The translations under genes and the position numbers were made by a program. The notes beneath the pieces were generated by a model. The model saw only the letters and a program-made list of their open reading frames with translations. It did no database searches and was not told where the DNA came from. Below, one piece after another: positions 12,315 through 25,980 of a DNA stretch of 64,000 nt. Origin of the DNA: Psammoneis japonica (Eukaryota); contig QPGO01000026.1 of NCBI GenBank assembly GCA_008632985.1, positions 310,001 to 374,000 of the forward strand, given 5' to 3'. Position 1 is the first letter of the stretch. Each line of letters begins with the position of its first letter.

Positions 12315-13238
12315 GGCAACACCCATGCCAGTGGATGAACAGAGTTGTGCAAGAAAACACACAACAAAATGACACTTCTCGTTTCGTGCTGACAACAACA
12401 CATGGCCATTGGAAGCGCATTGAGACTGGCCTTGTCTCCTCACTGCTTGTGCACCATGCACTGATGCCAGGCAATGACAATCATCACACACCCTCTGATC
12501 AACTGGCATTCATTGTCATGACCCTGCCATCATGGTGCGATTGTTGCTTTTCCGTTGTTCGTGATTTTTCGTCAAACCAAACTCGAGTCGCGATTTGGCT
12601 CTGACAAAGCAAGCAAATCTAGTTGCCAGCCAGAAGGCTCAGCCACTCACAGTCTTAGTGCGACAATGCAAGTGCAACCAACAAGATGCTTCTAGGCCTG
12701 TTGCAACTGCTTCAGATGCAACAAGTGTGACCATGTGATGGTCATCGCAAAGTTCCCTCCGACCACGTCACAGGTCACTGCACTGCTGACTTCAACTTAC
12801 GGAGCACACAAGGCAATCCGTGACACTGCGGATTCACTCGAAGTTGCTCAAACTCACGAGGAGCGAGGAGAAACGAGAGGCAGCAATTCTGTCGAAGCCC
12901 GCAGGGCAACAAAATGTTTGTCATGTTAAGGCGAACAAGCAACGACAACACTTTGTGCAAACAAAAAAGCAGAAAAAATCAAGATCCATGTCACACGCAC
13001 TCTTCAAACGCCTCACAAAAACCAAGCGACTCTGCACAGTGGAAGGAACAAAACAGGAACAATGTGGAATTGGGTCTTGCCATGTCTGCTTTTCATTTTT
13101 TGCTTTTTTGGTCATGTTGAGGCGACGGCGGAAGTTGCTCGTGAAGACATTCGCAAGGAAGACATCTCATTGGCTTCGCGGCATTATGGCATGTCCCATC
13201 TATGAAACAACAAAACGACTCCCGATGCAGCAACTCTT

Positions 13239-14166
13239 GTGGAAATGCAAGCCGACGCAATGTCGAACCGTCAACTGGTGGAAGGTCGTCTTTCATGCTA
13301 CAAGATCACTGAAGTTTCCAAGGTTTTGGCTTCATCTGGATTCACGCTAATGCCGATGGGTGGGAAGCTGTACTTTGGGCACAGAGATGAGCTTTTGGTG
13401 CATGATCCCGCGACCGGCGCGACGGAAATGGCAAATGGCATTGGCGGTCAGAGATTGGAGGGATGTCCATTGCATTTGACGCCCATGGATGGAAAGCTGC
13501 ACTTCCTGGCAGACGATGGAATGCATGGAAGAGAGCTTTGGGTTCACAATCCACTGAATCGCACAACGGAAATGACAAAGGACATCCATCCCGGCGGCGT
13601 GTCTTCAAATCCAACGCGCTTGACCCCAATGGATGGAAAGCTGCATTTCACAGCCAATGATGGAAAGCGTGGAGAGGAGCTGTGGGTGCATGATGCCATG
13701 AGTCACAAAACAAAAATTGCAGAGGACATGCATCCCGGCGGTGGTGGTCGCTGTTCTTCGTCTGGGGCGGCATTTTTGACACCTGTGAATGGAAAGCTGT
13801 GCTTCATGGCTTGTGGTGGAACGCATGGAATTCAGCTTTGGGTTCATGATCCAAAGAGTGACACAACACAAATGGTTTCAGACAATCCAAAGAGTGATGC
13901 AATGGAGTGGCTTTGTTCTCCAAGGGGGATGGCAGCAATGGGTGGAAAGCTTCACTTTAGTGCGCATGACAGAACGCGTCATGAGCTTTGGATGCACAAC
14001 CCCGTGAGTGACAGGTCGGAAATGATGAAAGAGATCAAACCATCAGATTTAACACCAATGGATGGAAAGCTGTGCTTCAGTGTTTGTTGCAAAGGACTTT
14101 GGGTTCACGATCCATTGGGTCACGCAACGGAATTGGCAAAGGACATCCATTCTGTTCAATCACCCC
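13239..14166 (+). pseudogene. ELWxxDGT-like beta-propeller repeat gene, 5' part (interrupted by the LINE)
   Basis: About six repeats of LTPMDGKL(Y/H/C)[13 protein letters not shown]. The frame continues at 22013 once the LINE and one TSD are removed. Confidence 0.75.
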
Positions 14167-17100
14167 GTGCTTTTCTACGCAAGCACACATTGGTCATTTC
14201 CACATGGAATTCTACGAGCTTTTTGTGCCAAGCAGCCGTCACCATGACGACCCCTCCTCCACCGCAGGCCAGCCCTGCCGGTGTTCCTCCCCCGGATCCT
14301 CCCCCCATTGTGGATCACACCCCATCGACTCCAACAAGAACTGGGTCCAAAAAGTCCAACGCGATTGGCCCTGACGAAATCACGATCCGTTTTGAGTTAA
14401 CGTCGGCAGAGGACAATGCCTCTGCGGTGCCAGCTGTGGGTCACACCACCATCCTCCATGCCCTACAACAAAAAGCATCTCAAGATCCTTTGACCCACAA
14501 AATCTCCATTGTGTCGAATCGAGGAATTGACATTCCCGACATCAACGTCGTCGAATGGAATTCTGGACTGACTCATTCGCAACACTTCGTGGTTCACCGC
14601 GTCGGAGGTGCCCGCCGCCGCCCTCCTGCTTACATCATCGCCCACCGTATCCGCACTGCTTTGACTCTTGCCGAAATCAGGAACATTCCCTTTGTTCACA
14701 AAGTTCTCAAAGATGACGGCATTTACATGCGACATCATGAATGGGACGAAACTGCCATCGATTTATCTCGTGTTGCCCTTGTTCTCGATTTCGCGCCAAA
14801 GCATTACCCTGCGGACATTGTTCAGAAACGACTCATGTCAATTCCACCACCCCGCAGTCGCTCCAAGGTTCCCTTCCGGTAGATCATTCAATCGGCAACA
14901 TCCCCACTCGACAAGGACATCAAAGCAACTTTCTACACAATCGAGACTCCTCGAGACCGAGCCAAAGATGTGATTGCTGCTTTAATGGAAGCACTGAAGG
15001 ATCATCCTTTAGCGGTTGTCTTTACTCGCTGGCGGTGCACCCAACCAGAACAATTCGACAAAGCAGTTCGGAAGCAACGTAAAACCGCAGCGACACTCCA
15101 CGTGATTCCATTGTTGCACTGCACTGATGGAATGCATTTTTACATGTCTGACAAAATTACAACGATCCCCGGAGTAGTGGTCGTCGTTCCAGCAAAGAAG
15201 AAAACCTTGATTCCCCGTTGCAACATTCTCGTGGACAAACTGTACTTTCACAAAGCCAAAGAACAAATCACTGAAAACTTGTCGGAATGGACAAACGATC
15301 TTCCGGACAATGAGCTGCCGTTCATTCACCAACCACGTCCTGTGATTCCGGGTCTCAACGACGACATCTCCGACACAGCTCAGTCCATCACCTCGGCGAC
15401 CATCCAAAGCTGGAAGTCGTCAGATGTTTCTGACATCTAGCCTTCTGACTCCCATGCTGCCAAACCTGCTCCACAGCCATCCCCCCCACCGGTTCCACGA
15501 AACGTTGGGATTCACGGAGGTTTTCAGACCTTTGCCCAAGTGCTGGAAAGTTCCACAAGCGCGGCAGTGCCAAGAGCAACCCCAACTTCGGAGTTGACAT
15601 CTCGGACTAACGACATCGCAGAACTCAAACAAATGGTCTTACAGCACCATCAGGAACAGGATCGTTGGTTAGAGCAGCTGGAACAGCAACATCAGGCATC
15701 TCTTGAGCAACTTGCATTAAAGTTTCAATCTCTGATTCAAGAAACAATTTCAACCATGTCTCAAGGTGCAGCATCTCCTCAGAGGAAGAAACCTGCACTT
15801 TCCGCTCCGGCAGGGTCTTCATCTCATCATCCTCCCAACGATGCCACTGTGGACGACGCCGAACAAGATGACTCAGTTTTTTCCCAGGGCAGGACCAGTC
15901 GTCTCACCTGCCTGGCTCCCATGACGCATGCGCCAGTCGCACTTTTCAGTCTTTCTTTGAGAAAGCACGGCATCACACCCGGGGGTGACACCCCTTCGGC
16001 AGCACTCAATCCCGCTGCTCAGCAGTGGTCCCAGATGTTGTCAGGCAGAAGTTTTGCGCCTCTCTCCAGCACTGTTGATTGTGCCACTTTGCAACAGAAT
16101 GACCCGATCGGAGATCAGTTAGGCCCTGAATCTCCTGAACATGCACGATTGCACGCGTTCAACGCAAACGGATGCGCTTGTGACCTCCAAGGCGGCGACT
16201 TCAATGCACATTCTCAAGTCGCTGTGGAAATGCAGGCAGATGTCATTGGAACATCCAAAACTTGCTTGGACACTGCGCAGTTCAAAGTCCAACAGAGTTG
16301 CCCCAATGCAGTTCGCCAGTCTCTTCATCACGGCCGTTTGACGTTGTCATCCTCCAAGACCACCTTTTCCACTCCTTACAAACCAGGGGGTGCCGCCACA
16401 TTTTCATGCAATTCCCTGTCTTCATGTCACCGCACCCAACATGAGGATCCCCTTGGAAGATGGTCCATTCAAATTTTCGATGGACGCCATGGACGGCAAG
16501 TGATGTTTGTGTCTTGTTGTCGAGTTTGCTCCAACTCTTCGGTTGCAGGAAAAACAACAGCCTGTGCTCAACAGGTGGCACTGCTGTGACAACAAGGGCG
16601 AGCGAACCTAGACCCAAGATGATCCTTTTGTGCTGACCTGACTCGGATCTTAGAGAGGTTTCTCAATGACACCGACCGAGAGGTTGTTCTGTTCGGAGAC
16701 TTCAACACAGACTTCCGAACTGATAACGACACCCTCGCTTCCATGGCGCAACGGTTCAATGTGTCTGATGCAATGCACTGCCATCAAGAAGACCTTGAAT
16801 TTTCCACTCACATGAGAGGATCTCGTTGGTTAGACTTCGTTTTGGCAACCCCAGGGGCTTTGGCAGCCTCTAGAAAGTGTGGATGCGAATCTTTCGGATG
16901 TCGCACATCTTCGGATCACCGAGCGTATTTTGTCGATTTTGATGCAGTGGCATTGTTTGGCAACCCCACCGTCGACCTGCCACGTGCCGAACACCGTGAC
17001 CTGCAAGCAAATTCTCCCAAACACATCACCACATGCCCAGAGACAATGGCTTCACTGTTGTGCAGCCGAAACGTTACGGCGCAAACCGAAGCCTTGATCC

Positions 17101-20100
17101 AGTCCTTGACTCCAGACCACAGACTCGCAGAGAGACTTGATTGGGACATCCCACAGTTTTCCATGTCGTCTGCGAAGCATTGCCGATGACACAAAGAACC
17201 AGCATGGTCTGTTAAACTGGCCAGTCTTGGTCGACAGATTTTTGCATTGTCCAGGATGATGTCGATGTTTCGTGCCAAGGTCGACATGGCACCTTCGATT
17301 CTACGTGCTAAGTTTGACCTCAAAGATTCCTTTGTTCTCCCAATTGCCCTGCAGGAATGTGCGATTGCTCTACGAAAAGCTCAGTCAGAGTGCCGTCAGG
17401 TGGCACGCGAAAGTCAGCAACATCAAGACGAAGAACGAGACACCCGCATCGCTGAACTCGAACTGGATGGTGCCAAACAATCGAAGGCTGCTGCACGAAT
17501 TTTACAGAATCAACGTTGTGCGGAAGAAACTGAGAGGGCATTCAGGAAGATCAATGCGTGCAAGAGAGCGGAAGGAGCCAGCGTCCGAACCATTCAGATT
17601 CCTGAAGATCCCAGAGACAACCCCAAAACATGCGAGAATTGGACAACGATCGACGCTCCAGATGATGTGGAATCAGCTCTCCAACACAGAAACCAACGGC
17701 ACTTCGGCCAGGCACAAGGCACTCCCCCTGCAGCTCCACCTCTGTCAGTCGACTTGGGCTGTGAAGGTGACACAGTGATGGCGGATCTAATCCTAGACGG
17801 AGAATGCGAAACCAGTCACCTGAACCGCGCTGCTTCGTCATTGATGCAACACCTTCAACGAAGGACTCCATCAGCAGTTTCAAATTCCCTTGCCCCAGAG
17901 GCACTTCACTCAAAGATGAAACTGTGGTCAGAGTCAACGTCTGCCTCCTTGAAGTCAGGGCTGCATTTGGGACACTGGAAAGCTGTGCATGCTCCACACT
18001 CCCATTCCAATGATTGTGATGAAGACGGCATCCCTTCAGATCGGAAAGAGTTGTTGGACTCAGCTCAGCAGTCACTGGTGTCCACACGACTCAATCTGAT
18101 CAACTGCGCACTAAAGTGGGGATGCTCACAAGAACGGTGGAAGGACACAGTCAATGTTGTGATCTTCAAAGAACCAGGCAATGACAAAATACACCAACTG
18201 TGAGTGATTCACATTTGCGAGGCGGACTTTCAACTCATTGCAAGCGTGAAGTGGCGTGAGTTGGCCCAGCACATGGAACATCATCGAATGTACAATCCCG
18301 GCATTTACGGATGTCGCTCCTTCCTCTCTGCTCAAACTCCTGTGTTTCTTGAAAACATGATGCTGGAGATGTCGCGCGCCTCACGGAAAACCTCACTCAC
18401 AAGTGACGACGACTGTGCCTCTTGCTGCGACAGGAACATTCCAGCGACAGTGGGTCTCTGTGCAAAGAGCGATGGGATGCATGAGAAAGTTGTGAAAGTG
18501 AACATGGCAACTCTGCACCACGCACGGTGTTGGTTACGCACTTTGTTGGGACTCGCCCGAAAAAGTCATTCTCATTCCCCCGAGCACCCGTTGCATGGAA
18601 CAGGACAAGGCAGCGGCAACTCTCCCTGGTGCTGGAACACTCTGTGCAGCAGACTGTTTGACATCTTTGACGCAGAAGCTGTCGGCTCATTTTTCGAAAC
18701 TCCGGATGGACAGTTTTACATCCGCGCACACAACAGAGGTCATGTTGACGATGCGTCTGAGCAGGTGAACGACTTTAGAGCAAGCCCTCAGCCCTCAGCA
18801 CTCGAGCTGTCTCAGGCACTTCAATCAGACAACCAGTTGTGGTGTGACTTGCTGGACGCAGCTGGACACGAACCAGAATTGCCGAAGTGTTCTTTCCATG
18901 CCATCGAATGGGATTTTACCGAATGCGGCGAACCGTGTGTTCGACCTTATCACGACGACATCGAGGTGGAGATTTTTTCCGCCGACCGTTCCACTTCACG
19001 TTGCAGCAAGCAATTGTCAGCTTACACTCCCCACAAAACTCTGGGACATTGCATGGCTCCCATCGGTGCGCAGAAGACTCAGCTGCAGAAATTGCAACAC
19101 AAGAGCGACACCGTTTCGTCATTTCTTCGGTCATGTCCTTTGGATCGTACAGAAACCTGGCGACACCACCATGCCTGTTGCCTCTCATCGATGACATGTG
19201 TTCTGGCTAACTCTAATTTTCTCCCAAAAGAATTGCAACAGGCACAACAGAAGGCCATGCGAACGATTTTTGCGAAATGCGGCTACAACAGAAACACGAA
19301 ACGTCTTGTTCTTTACGGTCCCCAGGCTTTAGGAGGAGGAGGGTTTCGATCGCTCGACATGGAACAAGGAGTCGCCCAATTGCCACAACTGCTGAAGCAC
19401 TCAAGAGGAGTTGCCCATCTTCAACTTGGGGAAGATCAACCACACAAGTTACTTCACATTGCCGCAGCATGGATTCAGTTAAACTTGGGGACAGGCGACA
19501 GTTTTTTGTGGGACGTGGAGACAGAGTCACCACACATGGAATCGCGATGGTTCGCGTCGGTCCGAGCATTTCTGCAATGGATCAATGGCGAGTGTTCCTA
19601 ACTCACAATGGAACACTTCCGCTACAACGAGACAATGACCAGCATCTGATGGACATCGTTTTGAGATCCAAGACCTTCTCTGCACGAGAGATTCGGTGGA
19701 TCAATTGTTGCCGATTGTTCCTTCGGGTCTCATCTGTCTCGGGTGTCACTCTTTCAGATGGTGTTGCAATTGACGGTTCAAAAGTGAAAGGGGAACCCTC
19801 TCTGCGCAGCAGCACAAGCACCCTCAACAACGTCGAACAATGCAAACCGTGCAAGCGAGCTTGGACAGCGTGGGGGAAATTCTGTGCAAGTTTGTGTCGT
19901 CCGAAATCACTTCAACTGAAGGAACCTCTCGGCGATTGGTTATTTCCTCCGTCAAAAATGAGGATGCAATCTACCGCTTGCTGCTCCCGTCTGAAGAGTG
20001 CTTGTGCGTTTGTTCATTGGAAGGTCATGACATTTTCCAGGCGAACGGAACTACAGCTGATTCAATTGTCGAGATCGAGACCGTTCCAACCCCCTCCGAA

Positions 20101-21998
20101 GAGTCTTGTCCAGTGGAGGTTTCTACACTCGAGGACGGACGATGGCGATTTGAAATTCCGCGTACATCACTCACACCTCCATCAATTCCGGATGCACCAG
20201 ACTCCTTTTTCGAGAGCCTGCAACGATTGGAACTTTGGGAGTCTACATTGTTTGATGCTTTGGAACTGCATGTGTCCTCTCAAGTGTTGGTTCAACACTT
20301 TCTTTCGTCAACTCTTGCTGCAGGCAGTGACGGCTCTGTGCGTGAGGGAGCCACGTTCGGCTGGACGATTGCCTTGAACAGCATGTGCTGGCCCTGTGTT
20401 CGGGAAGAAACCTTCCTCGTATCGCGCGGAAGCCCACGGCATTCTTTCAATCGCTCGGTTCATTTGCCGATTGTGTGAACATTGTCGGATTTCTGCTCCA
20501 TTGGACGCGGTGATTCACTGTGATGACAAAGCTTTGGTCAAATGCCCATCTCGGTTGACATCCACTCCACCTGTGATCGACCCAGGAGACGAAGCACACA
20601 CCACACATGATTTTCACATTCGGCATCACGGCGCCAATGCCACATCCTCAGACTGGGATGTCTTGAACGAAATTCTTTACACCCAGCGAACGTTGAAGCT
20701 GCTCTCGGAGTCGACGGACATGACTCTTCCCACAGTTTCTTGGGTGAAAGGACATCAAGACAGGCACACTCCAGTTCACACCTTGCCCTTAAATGCAAGA
20801 GTCAACATCTGGGCGGATGGATTGGCAGGATCACATCAAGGCCACTGCCTGTGCGACACCGATCAAGTCAAGCATCTTCCTCATTGCCATTCTCATTTCG
20901 AGACAGAGGGCGGCACGGTGACTTCCAATTACAAGAAACAAATCAGATGCGCTGCCACAGCTCCCCCACTGCTGGAGCACATCGTCGAACGTAACCAATG
21001 GACCAATGCGGTGATCGAGCAAGTTGACTGGAATGCACACGCAATCCCAGTGAAACGCCATTCAAAGCAGCACGTGAACACGGTCAAATTGGTTCACGAT
21101 TTGCTGCCCACGAATGAAATCGTCCACAGATGTAACCCGGCACGTCCCCACCAGTGCATTGCGTGTGATCATCCAATGGAAGACAGGGATCACATTCTAC
21201 GATGCCCCAACAACGAGCAGTGGAGGAGGAAGTTTTTACAAGGATTGCGCCGCTGTTGTGATGAGGTGGACACCATGCCTGTCCCATGTGACTTTCTTCT
21301 GGATGTGTCACAGGCTTGGTTTAACGAGGAAATCACTTGTCTTGCGGATGTGGATTACAGACTCAAAGAGTTGTGGAAAGCCCAGACTGACATTGGCTGG
21401 AGACAGATTTTTAACGGTCGACATTCGTTTGTGTGGAACCTGCTGCAATCCGGCCACCTTCATGATTCAGGCATCTTGAGGCAATGTCAAGAAGAGAACA
21501 AGCAGCCACCGGATTGGACCGTCCAGGTCGGATCATGCACATGGAGAAGTTGGTGGGAACTGTGGGAGGAACATGACAAGCTCGTCCATGGGCACGACGT
21601 GGAATCTCGTAAGTCTTCCCAGCGGCGAAGGGCAGAGGCCGAATTGACTGCGATTTACAACAAACGTCAGGAGCATTTGGTGAAAGATGGAGGCGCACTG
21701 CTTGACTCGGTCGAGGAACACCGTACATTTTCGACGACGAGGATTCAAAATTGGATTTCAGTGGCACGACCACGCCTCCAAGACAGCTTGAAAGAAGCCA
21801 AACGCCCAGCCAAACGTGGTGCTCGCACCATTCGTAGCTACTTCCGTTGGGCGCCCCCTGCTGGGGGCGCCGGGTCAGGCCAATTGCACACAATTTCTGC
21901 CGCATCCTTTTAGGGTGCACTGGAAGTGTGGGTCAGCCGGCGCCAGTGTTGCTGGGCAAAGGTGCGGTGGCACTTAAAAATTAGAGTTTGGTTTTTTT
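14167..21998 (+). mobile_element. Full-length (~7.8 kb) degenerate non-LTR retrotransposon: ORF1 + ORF2 with APE endonuclease, RT, RNase H and C-terminal CCHC (Ambal-like architecture)
   Basis: A 14 bp TSD, TGTTCAATCACCCC, lies at 14153-14166 and 21999-22012. APE motifs: GDFN, RGSRWLDF, SDHR. RT motifs: IFKEPG, CCDR, GTGQGSGNSP, GHVDD, KTLG. RNase H motifs: SDGSV, SYRAEAHG, WVKGHQD, NIWADGLA. CCHC: CIACDHPMEDRDHILRC. In-frame TGA stops occur at 16587, 17187 and 18201, plus frameshifts. Confidence 0.9.
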
Positions 21999-22977
21999 TG
22001 TTCAATCACCCCATTCTGCGTACAACTTGACACCCATGGATGGAAAGACGCACTTTGAAGGTCACTCTAAAAAGCATGGAGGAGAGCTTTGGGTTCACGA
22101 TCCATCGAGTCACACAATGGAAATGACAAAGGACATCAATCCTGGTTTCCGCAGTTCAGCTCTAGGAGATCTGACGCCCATGGATGGAAAGCTCCACTTC
22201 AGTGCCAATGATGGAACGCATGGATCTGAGCTCTGGGTTCACAATCCACTGACTCAGACAACGGAAATGGCAAAGGACATCCATCCCGGGGTTGTTGGTT
22301 CGAATCCACGAGATTTTACTCCACTGGATGGAAAGCTGCACTTTGCTGCTCAGGATGAAAGGGGAAATCAGCATGCACGCAAACTTTTTGCATTGGAGTT
22401 GTCGCAGGAGGACAGTGACGGTGACGGTGACGGTGTGTCGGATGTCAATGACAACTGCCCCTTGGCACCCAATGCCAAACAGGCGGATGGCGACGGGGAC
22501 GGCGTCGGCGATGCTTGCGACACGTGTCCTTCGGCATCGAACCCGGACCAGTTGGATGTTGCACAGGTTGTCAGCTCCAGACCCATGGGTCGGGTGAGGG
22601 TTCGTTCATTGCCAAGAAACAAGTTTTCTTGTCACTCCAACTTGAAAAGAAAAGGAGTGGAAACAACCGCTTCGAGACTTGCTTCAAAAATCATCGTGGG
22701 GGACTGCAATCACAATGTTGTTGCAGATGCTCTCCGAACCGAAGGCATTGAGCCAGAGTTGAATCGTGTCGTGAAAGTGAGTGGCAAAGGCGAGTTCGAG
22801 GACACGGGTTTGGCGGGTGGTAAGATGCAGCTGGCCAAAAAGGATGGAAAGTGGGTGTTCAAAGTTGCAAATCTGAAAACACTGGGCGGGGTTGGTTGTC
22901 ATGTGGCGGAATTCAAGACATGTCGACCAAATGGTGGAGAGCCCGTGCATGCAAGTTCCCCATTTTGTCTGATCTGA
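21999..22977 (+). pseudogene. ELWxxDGT-like repeat gene, 3' part with thrombospondin type-3 Ca-binding repeats
   Basis: Three more repeats, then [40 protein letters not shown]. Confidence 0.75.
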
Positions 22978-24954
22978 TTCGTTCGGAGGTGCGGAAGAAG
23001 TCAGTCACACACGCTTGACGAAAAACAGGCAGATCTTTTTTGGTGAGATTTTCGTGCATTTTGCTTGCACTGCATTGATGTCTCTAGCAGAGCAGATTAC
23101 GTGAGACGCTCGTAGATCACAATGTTGATGCCCCGCACCACTCAACAACAACAACTTGATCTGAGAGAGTGCTGTCATCCAAAAATGTGCTCGCAAAGCA
23201 CACATGATTGATGCAAGGATCAAATCTGACAGGGAGCGACTCCCTCATGACATTCTTTCTCAATCAAGTGCGCTTTTCTGCGCAAATTGGCATTGAATTT
23301 ACCTGCATGTTTTCAATGCCAGGCTCTCCACAGAACATCCAATGCACCATGGTGTCTCCTCCCATCAATGATGGTGTCCCCACCCTGGGGACTCTGAAAG
23401 CATCATCCGCCAATGCTGATGATGCCACTGTCAAAAACAGTCAACCCCCTCAATGCTGTTCATCTTCAAGCCAAAAGGAATGCCAACATGTGCGCAGTGC
23501 CTCTTGTGTGCACTTCCTGCTCCAACATGCTCTGCTGCTTGGAATCTCACATTTAAGAGCACACAAGGTTGTTGAATGTCATCCCAACAACTTCTGTCCC
23601 AAAAACCAGTTGTCGCAACATTCTGGCAATGAGCAAGAGCACTTCAAGTCCACAAGATCTAAGATTGTGACTGCTCTGCTTGAGAAAGTCCATTCCATTC
23701 CAAAAGATGCGCTCCCATCTGTGCCTTTCCCAGATCACAAGTGCAGGGTGCACACAAAGAAATCTCTGATGCAAGCAAATCCATTGTCACTGCCAGCACC
23801 AAAACAAGCCTTGAGTCCCTGACCTTTGCCAATGCCTCTCTTCCATCCGATGTTGTCAATCCGAACCCCAGCCCTTCCTTGCACTCATTGCAGTGCTGTT
23901 GACACATGTGAAGTCAAGAGATTGCACAAGAGAACAAGGATCAAGGGTCCAACCCAAGCAGCCCAATGTGGGTGGGAGTGGAAAAAAGGGCCTGCAGAGA
24001 GCCCTGTGGCACTGATGCTCTCTGTTCTTGGCAAGAAGGAGATTGCGTCCTTGACTCTGTGGAACTTGCAGCCAACGCACACAAGACCAAGCACTTTTGG
24101 CAAGTTCTGGGAGCCCCCAGAGACAGAATGAACACACTTGTCCAAAAGATCAATCTCCAGCTGATGAGAAGCATTTGAACCTCAAGCAGTGAGCTGGAGG
24201 AAAGAATGAACAGCAGCTGTGCCTTGACAAGACTGACATCAATGACCTGCGCTGCAGGCCACACACTGTTTTTCCCACCTTCAGCATGAGCATGAGTGGG
24301 ATCTGTGGAACCCTCATGAAATTGCAGGACCTTGATCCAACAAAAAAGCAAGAATGATGTGTGCAATGATCTTTTGTTGAGAGACTTGATGGCCACACCC
24401 AACTGAGAAGTGGTGCAGCAGCAACATGGCATTCCTGGGTTTGACTTCAGGGATCACAAACAGCCAAGCAATGGACCAACACTTGGAAGTGACAAGAGCA
24501 ATGCTGAGAGAGAGAAGTGTTGCCGTGCCAAGATGGAGTGTTTTGTGGAGAATGTCCATGGAGTTGCAGGAGCATTCAATGAATTGATTGAGGTCACAGT
24601 GACTGTGGTGAGCATGTGTGTTTGTGCACCTGCAATTTGGTCCTGCTGGATGATGCTGTGAGAGTCCTGAAACAGGTTGCAAAAATTCCAAGAGCTCCAA
24701 ACAGGAGAATGGCGAGCCACAAGATGACAAGGATTCCAAGAAACAAGAGTCACATGAAAGGCAGAACATCATTGCGAGCATCAGAAGCATGTCCGAGCAT
24801 TCAGAACAAGCAGGAAACATGAGAAACCTGGAATTGAGATTGTTGAAGAGAAGAGGTTTTGGATGCTGACATGGCGAATCTTGTGATGCTCGAGAAACAA
24901 ATGTGCGCTCCTCACCAATCTTGCCAACAACCTTCTTTTGTTGATGCATTCCAG

Positions 24955-25148
24955 CTCCAGCAGGTGGGACCTTGCACTGCTGAGCTGTGACATTGACAGT
25001 TTTTTGGATGGTGCCACATGTTGCGCACGTGCACATTTCTGTGTGTGATCTTCTGCGAAATGGTTTCATGCTTCCCATTTTGCAAACCCAAAGGCTTTTT
25101 GTTTTCCACATTTGTGACAATGAAAACAAGCTGGGCACATTCTTCAAC
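24955..25148 (+). repeat. ~190 bp dispersed repeat (second copy 33291-33483)
   Basis: Both copies share CAGGTGGGACCT.GCACTGCTGAGCTGTGACAT..ACAGTTTTTTGGAT...TTTTGCAAA.CCAAAGGCTTT.TGTTTTC.ACATTTGTGA.AATGAAAAC. Confidence 0.75.
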
Positions 25149-25831
25149 ACTGGTTGTTGCCAAAATTGGGCTTCTTGTGGGAGATCAGCCATGACTTTCT
25201 GGGAAAATCCGATGAGTGGCATTCGATGACTGGCTCTGTGGACACATCATCTGCAGTCGACAAGGTGAAAGTCGCGCATGCTTGCAGCCATTGTTTGTGC
25301 TCTTTGTTTTGTTTTTGAAGCAGACAAAGTTTGACCTGTTGCCAAAATTTTATTTTTGGTGAATGCTTGCACTGAGTGCAAAGAATCCGGGGGTCATTTT
25401 TGTGAAAATTGCAAGGCAGCTCCCAAAAAACAGACCGCAGCACGCAAATCCATCCTCAATTGCTGGCATGCTTTTTTGCATGAAATGTGCTGCCATTTTG
25501 TGTGCCATCTTGTAGAATTGGTGCCAGAAACTGCCGTGGCCAGAGACAGCATGTGGTGCTCTGTCACGCCATCTGCGCGGATGATCGCTGGAGCTGGGGC
25601 GCGTCTGTCTCCTCGCTCTTTGGAGTGAATCATCATCTGGGTCTGTTTTTGCACACAAACTGCACTGTGGTCATGTCAAAACAGGTGCCCTGTCACATCA
25701 TTGGATCAAAGTTTGTTGAGAGCTTCAAGGCAGACCACAGCTGCCACAGCAACTGGGACACATGTGACGAGTGGCACAGGAAACCTCAGAGGGCTCTTCC
25801 CCGGGACACACTGGGGGTGTGTCAGCTCAAC

Positions 25832-25980
25832 ACAAAGGTGACATGATGCGGACAAGGGTGCCAGCAACAGTGTCGACAACAAGTGGCACTGTGCATTGCG
25901 ATGTACGGCTCAAGCCCGCGGAGGCACCACCTTTGTGAATTTTTGATCATGTTGTGACTGGATGAAACGACGTTCAAGGT
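25832..25980 (+). repeat. ~150 bp dispersed repeat, copy 2 (less mutated, at domain edge)
   Basis: Matches 11250-11410. It keeps TGTAC and several CpG where copy 1 has TGCAC, TG or CA. Confidence 0.72.

Larger units (their letters stand above)
5960..25900. other. TpA-depleted repeat domain 1
   Basis: For example, I found no TA dinucleotide in 8881-9840, versus 16 in 781-900. Depletion is only partial within the LINE and near 12.6-13.4 kb. Confidence 0.9.

Noticed and set aside
12597..12609. Possible tRNA-Met primer-binding site (CTTTGTCAGAGCC, minus strand) upstream of the gag remnant
   Set aside because: It is only a partial match to TGGTATCAGAGC and no adjacent LTR could be defined.
23005..25850. 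Numerous 100-300 aa Cys/His-rich ORFs here and at 44-54 kb and 57-64 kb (e.g. 57126-58301, 60599-61552) as metal-binding proteins
   Set aside because: They are by-products of TAA/TAG loss and CA/TG enrichment. They overlap in several frames and show no domain motifs.
11250..25980. The two 150 bp direct repeats as LTRs of one 14.7 kb element
   Set aside because: There are no clear TG...CA termini or TSD, the interior is a mosaic of unrelated elements, and the copies differ substantially.
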